This document shows positions 34,169-38,960 of a stretch of DNA of 38,960 bases, in pieces. A program made the position numbers and the translations under genes. The stretch's first letter is position 1; each line of letters starts with the position of its first letter. The notes beneath the pieces were generated by a model. That model was given only the letters and a program-made list of their open reading frames with translations, was not told the DNA's origin and searched no databases. The stretch lies in the NCBI GenBank assembly GCA_025603075.1, contig MU626437.1, forward strand, positions 1 through 38,960. The letters run 5' to 3'. The DNA is from Neoconidiobolus thromboides FSU 785. Lineage: Eukaryota; Fungi; Entomophthoromycota.

Positions 34169-36171
34169 ATGTCTTCTGAAGATTTAATTTATGACGATGA
34201 TGCCAGTTATGATTTAGAATATAGTTCCCAAAGCGAACTTGGTGAACAAGAATTAAGTTTAGAGAATAGGTATTATGACGCTAAATGTAAGTATTCTTAA
34301 CATTTAATAAATTGTCAGCTCGTGTTTTACTCCATTCTACAATGACATTTTTTTTTTAGCATTGGTAAAAGAAGATCCAAGTAAAGTTATTGATGCTTTT
34401 GAAGAAATTATTAAACTCGAAGAAGGGGATGGACCTTTGTAAGTTGAATCCGGATTTTTATTACATTTTTAAAGTATTTATTCGAATATTTTTAGTACAT
34501 TTAAAAGTACCAAACAATTGTTAAAGTTCACTTATCGTAATGGGGATCTTGAAAAGGTAAAATATTATAATCTATTACATCATTTGTACATGAATAACAG
34601 CAACGGTAAATTAATCTGTTTATTTTTTAATTAAATAGGCCATGTCTTATTATCAGAAAATACTGTCTTTTCCATTAGGTGATGGAGTAGCATCGACTTA
34701 TAAAGATAGTTCTATTAATAATATGGTGGATTTGATATCCAAAAATACAAATAATGAGTTTTTGGATCAATTTTTTAAAGATACTATCAAGGTTCTTGAT
34801 CCAGTTAGAAATGAGGTAAAAAAAGAACAATTGTTTGTTTTGATATGGGATAAAAGTTTAACGACTTTTGTACTTTTAGAGATCATGGATTCGTACTCAA
34901 TTGAAGTTGGCGCATCTTTGGTTAACTCAAAAAAATTTTGATAGTTTAAGAGAGGTAGCTAATATTGAATATTTTAATTTTATAATTTATTATTATTAGT
35001 TATTACCTACTCTCTATAATTTTTGTAAAGATACATCAGGTAATGATGAAGAAAGAAAAGGAACTCATTTATTAGATATTATTTCAATTGATATGGAAAT
35101 TGCTTCTATTTTTAAAGATAATAAAAAATCAAAGGTAACATTATAAATTAAATATAATTAATATAATTAATTATTATTAATATAGAGATTATATGAACGA
35201 GCCTCAAATGTAAAAACAGCGTTTGCTTCACCTAGAGCAGATGGTGTTATTAGAGAATGTGGAGGTAAAATGTATATGAGAGAAAGTAATCATAGTAATC
35301 CAATAATAATTATTAATTATTAATATTATTATTCTATTAGGTAATTATGAATTAGCATATAAAGATTTTTTTAAATCATTCAATGCTTATAATGATGTTG
35401 GTGCCCCTCAAAGATTAAGAATTATAAAATATATTGTATTAACTAGTATGTTATCTAATGCTTTAGTCTCTCCTTTTGATTCACCTGAAATGAGCCAGTA
35501 AGCTGATATAAATTGAGTAAGAGATATATAATTAAGTTATTTAATTTGTTATTTTTAGATATCGTAGTCATAGAGAATGTCGTCATCTATATCAATTGAT
35601 CAATGCCTTTCAAAATAAAGACTCAAAATTGTTTGAAGAAATATTAGCAGGTAAAGGAAGAATAATAGCAATAGTAATAATAGCTTTATTTTTTATAAAT
35701 AGAACATTCCGAATCTCTACAAGACGATCCATTTGTATCTAGTTTCTTCTATCAATTAACACATACAGTACGTACACAAACATTAATTAAAATTTGTAAA
35801 AGTTTTACTCAATTAAAAATTGAATTTATTGCTATGGTAAATTTAATAAATAATATTAATAATAATGATATGAGTTATTAATATTTTATTCTTAGTTATT
35901 GAATCTATCAAGTGAAATTGCAATGGAATTGATAGTGAATTCACTATTAGATGAAGATATCAAAGGTCATATTGATGATGTCAAAAATATGTTGGTATTA
36001 GAACATAAAATGTAAGTTTGTTTTATTTATTATAGTAAATTAATAATTGTTTATTTTCTCTTCTTTTTAAATAGTAAACAAGGAAGTAAACGTAAATCAA
36101 CCTATAAAGAAATATCTAATACTTTAGATAATTTTCAAAATTCAGTAGTCAAAAAATTATCTGCTTATTAA
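34169..36171 (+). CDS. CSN2: COP9 signalosome subunit 2 (PCI domain), divergent, about 12 exons
   Basis: Acidic N-terminus then LENRYYDAK, RKGTHLLDI, GVIRECGGKMYM, DFFKSFNAYNDVGAPQR, SPFDSPE, DDPF...VRTQTLIK and IKGHIDDV. Confidence 0.88.
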
Positions 36172-36335
36172 AGAATGTTTTTGACTGGAATTTATAACGG
36201 TTGTTGCTTAAAGAATAAATTATTAATTTACATGAGTACTGATTAATGTAATTTACTTTCATATTTGAATTTAAGGTTATAAAAAAATAATCAAACATAT
36301 TACTTTTTATTTTATTAACTGATTTAATAAATTTA

Positions 36336-37242
36336 TTAAACTTGAGTCATATTCATATCATTTTGATTACTTTCATAAGGCTCCTTTTCAATATTATCAA
36401 AAGAGTGATCATATCTGCCTTTTCTATCTCTTAATTTATAAACATAGCAATAAATTAATTGCAATACAACAGCTAATACAAGCAAAGCAATAACAACTAC
36501 TGTGAAGGTAATGGGATAGTCAATATAATTTAAAAAGGGATAAATCCAAAAGCCATGACTAAAAATAATAAATAAAGATATAATACAATAATGGTAGACT
36601 TACATCTTATGTACTAAAATAGCCATTGGAAGATATAAATATAATATAACAATCAAGGGTATAAAATGCCAAAATACAAACATATTGCAACATAATATCA
36701 ATTCAATCCAACAGAATACTAAATTCAATGCATGCATAGAAATTGATTGATAAGCATAAACTGGATCTGTTTTAAGTTTAGTATCATTTGGGAATAACAA
36801 AGACCAATAAACAATAGTAACTACTGGGGCTAATAACATAATAGATTGGAACAGTAAAGAATAGATAAAACGAAAAGACCAATGAATGTTATTGAAGGGG
36901 ACATATGTAGGGGCATGAAGATAACTACGTAAAGTGAAATAGGTTGTTATCTAGAAATAATAAAAAGATTAATCATTATTTTTATAAATAAACTAATAAA
37001 CTTTTATTTACTATAAAATACACAGTAATACCAAAGTATGATAAGTGCGTTAAGAATACAAAATATGTGATTGGGATAGCTTTGTTCTTTATAAATAATA
37101 CAATCACTGCTGCTATACAATATAAGGTAAGTATGCTTCTTATTACAAGTAATGTACGAGTTGAAATAAAATTAGATTTGATAGGTCTTTCTGGATGCAA
37201 ATGAGCTACTTTAAAATGACGAATTAAAGCTTGTCTGACCAT
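36336..37242 (-). CDS. FAR-17a/AIG1-like membrane protein, paralog 3
   Basis: Exons 37242-37012, 36950-36604, 36558-36336. Motifs LLVIR, FLTH, VYWSLL, SMHALN, IEL and WIYPFLNY. Confidence 0.84.
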
Positions 37243-37982
37243 CTTGTTTTGTTATAAAATGGCTGAAGAATTAATTAGTTGACTATATTAATAAAAGGAA
37301 TCGGAAAAGTGAAGATTGATTATTTTTAGCTTCATAGCTTTAACTGCTATTACGGAAATTGTATTTTTAAATTTTTTGATTACTAAATTTAGTAAAGATG
37401 AATTTTATTCAAAATTTACGATTTAATTTTAGACTTAATTTTAACAATAGGGTTTTGATGATTTAATTTTGCTCCAAATAATCAAAGGTTAAAATTTTAA
37501 TTATTATTGTTCTGCTCGATCTTTTATATCTTAACTGCTTATTTAATTCAAAACCGAAATCAAAATTAAAATTAAAATAAACACTTCATGATCATTATTC
37601 CCCTTCCTATCGTTCCTTTAAAGTCATCTATTTTTATTCCTCCAGTTGTATATGCCAATAAAAACCTATCCCTTTTGAAAGTTTTTTTTAGATGTACCAT
37701 GAAGTTAAATAAAGACTTAGCAAAAACCATTAGATAAATGTAAATTAAATATTAATGAAGTAATTCATGTTTGAAATCAATACTATTTATTTTTTATAAA
37801 TCATATTACTACTTTAACTAACCTTCATTTATTAATTTAATTTAAATAATATAATATTAGACATATCATTTCATATCAAAATTTTTAAGCTACTCAAAAG
37901 TAAACAAAACATATTCCTAAACACAAATAACTTTTTAAAAACAAACACTATTGAGAAAAGTCAAGCTATATCAAAACATATA

Positions 37983-38056
37983 CGCTCATAACTGGGATCG
38001 AACCAGTAACCTCCCGATTAACAGTCGGACGCGCTAGCCAATTGCGCCATACGAGC
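37983..38056 (-). tRNA. tRNA-Asn (anticodon GUU), identical to 32997-33070
   Basis: Exact reverse complement of the + strand Asn gene. Confidence 0.96.
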
Positions 38057-38124
38057 TTTGAATTCATTAACTTGTTTGTTATATATATATTGCAAAATTT
38101 ATATTGAATAGATTTTAATACAAA

Positions 38125-38229
38125 ATATGGGGATGTATTTTTTATTTAAAAATTTCACTAACAATCTTTCCGCTCAAACAGCCCTTAAAAAATAGAAAAA
38201 GTAATGAAGTCAAAAAAATACTCCCACAT
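38125..38229 (+). mobile_element. GGGGATG MITE copy 68 bp upstream of the minus-strand tRNA-Asn
   Basis: ATAT-GGGGATG ... TACTCCC-ACAT, 105 bp; the interior aligns with the family. Confidence 0.85.
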
Positions 38230-38464
38230 GGGGTTGTCTGGATTGGTTTCATCATTTTATCCAATTTTTAAAAATTTTGTATTTCAAAAACCTCGCTCAA
38301 AATTTTTTATTAAAATAAAAGTATCCAGACACAGTTCTAAATCATTCTATTATAGTTTATACTGTAATTTAGTTGAATTTCTACTAGATCTTAAATACAT
38401 ATTCTTATAAAACTTTATTGAGAAATGTTTATTATTGGCTGCTTTATAAACAACATTGCAGATT

Positions 38465-38932
38465 TGTTATATGAAATATCGCTTTGTCAGTTCATGGTTA
38501 ATTATAGCATAACAATCGCCTAAGCTGTTGTGTTCTTGAGTTCAGAGAAAATCAATCCCATGTTCTTATTTTGATTTGTTATGAGAATTTCTAGCTTCAT
38601 CCAAAAGAGTACTATCTTCTCATTTTGATATTTATACTTTTCAGAGTATAAAAGAGTTTACAGAGTATAATAGTTCGAGGCTTTTTAACTGAATTATTCC
38701 CTGATATCTCGTACATTTAATAAAGCCACTAAGTTTTCTTAATAGTATTTTACGTAGATTTTACACTAGTGTTGCCTATTCTATTTGTCTTATATAGCTT
38801 GTAACCTATTGCGTGCTATTCCTCATAATCCAAGTCTATTTTAGTCACATAAACTAAGACCTTTCGACTTATAGTGTAGTCAACCCAGCAATAGCTGTTC
38901 TTGACTCCAAACCCTGAGTACCAGATTTCACA
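38465..38932 (+). mobile_element. Solo LTR
   Basis: 38470-38932 aligns without gaps to 15357-15819. Taking TG at 38465 as the left end gives an AGATT direct repeat on both sides (38460-38464 and 38933-38937), a plausible 5-bp TSD. Confidence 0.85.
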
Positions 38933-38960
38933 AGATTCAATAAATCTAGATCATTATAAT

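Noticed and set aside
37560-37725. ~52-aa minus-strand ORF (..LAYTTGGIKIDDFKGTIGRG..) between tRNA-Asn and AIG1 paralog 3
   Set aside because: Too short, with no recognisable family or splice support.
38204-38410. ORFs 38204-38410, 14466-14654, 21051-21251 and 25711-25902
   Set aside because: The first two overlap MITE sequence. All are short with AT-driven composition and no motif.

Overview
AT-rich, intron-dense eukaryotic DNA with ~45-80 nt GT-AG introns. The gene set and intron style suggest an early-diverging fungus (inference). Protein genes in order: TRM1, COG1, PUT2, ALG14, an ABHD11-like hydrolase, RSM22/METTL17, PacC/RIM101, a PH-FYVE protein, three FAR-17a/AIG1 (rolling stone-like) membrane paralogs and a divergent CSN2. 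Four tRNA genes are present: Ala-UGC, Glu-UUC and two identical inverted Asn-GUU copies. Three same-orientation copies of a ~463 bp solo LTR occur, one truncated by the window start. The most striking unexplained structure is a ~105 bp MITE family (GGGGATG...CATCCCC ends, apparent 4-bp AWAT target duplication) with 8 copies. They cluster around the tRNA genes, and a near-identical inverted pair brackets tRNA-Ala. Other highlights are an 11-nt microexon and tandem AUGs in TRM1, clustered GCCAAG sites upstream of PacC/RIM101 with two YPSL motifs in the protein, and an LTR 3' segment that is invariant across copies. All gene models and identities come from manual reading; no database searches were run.
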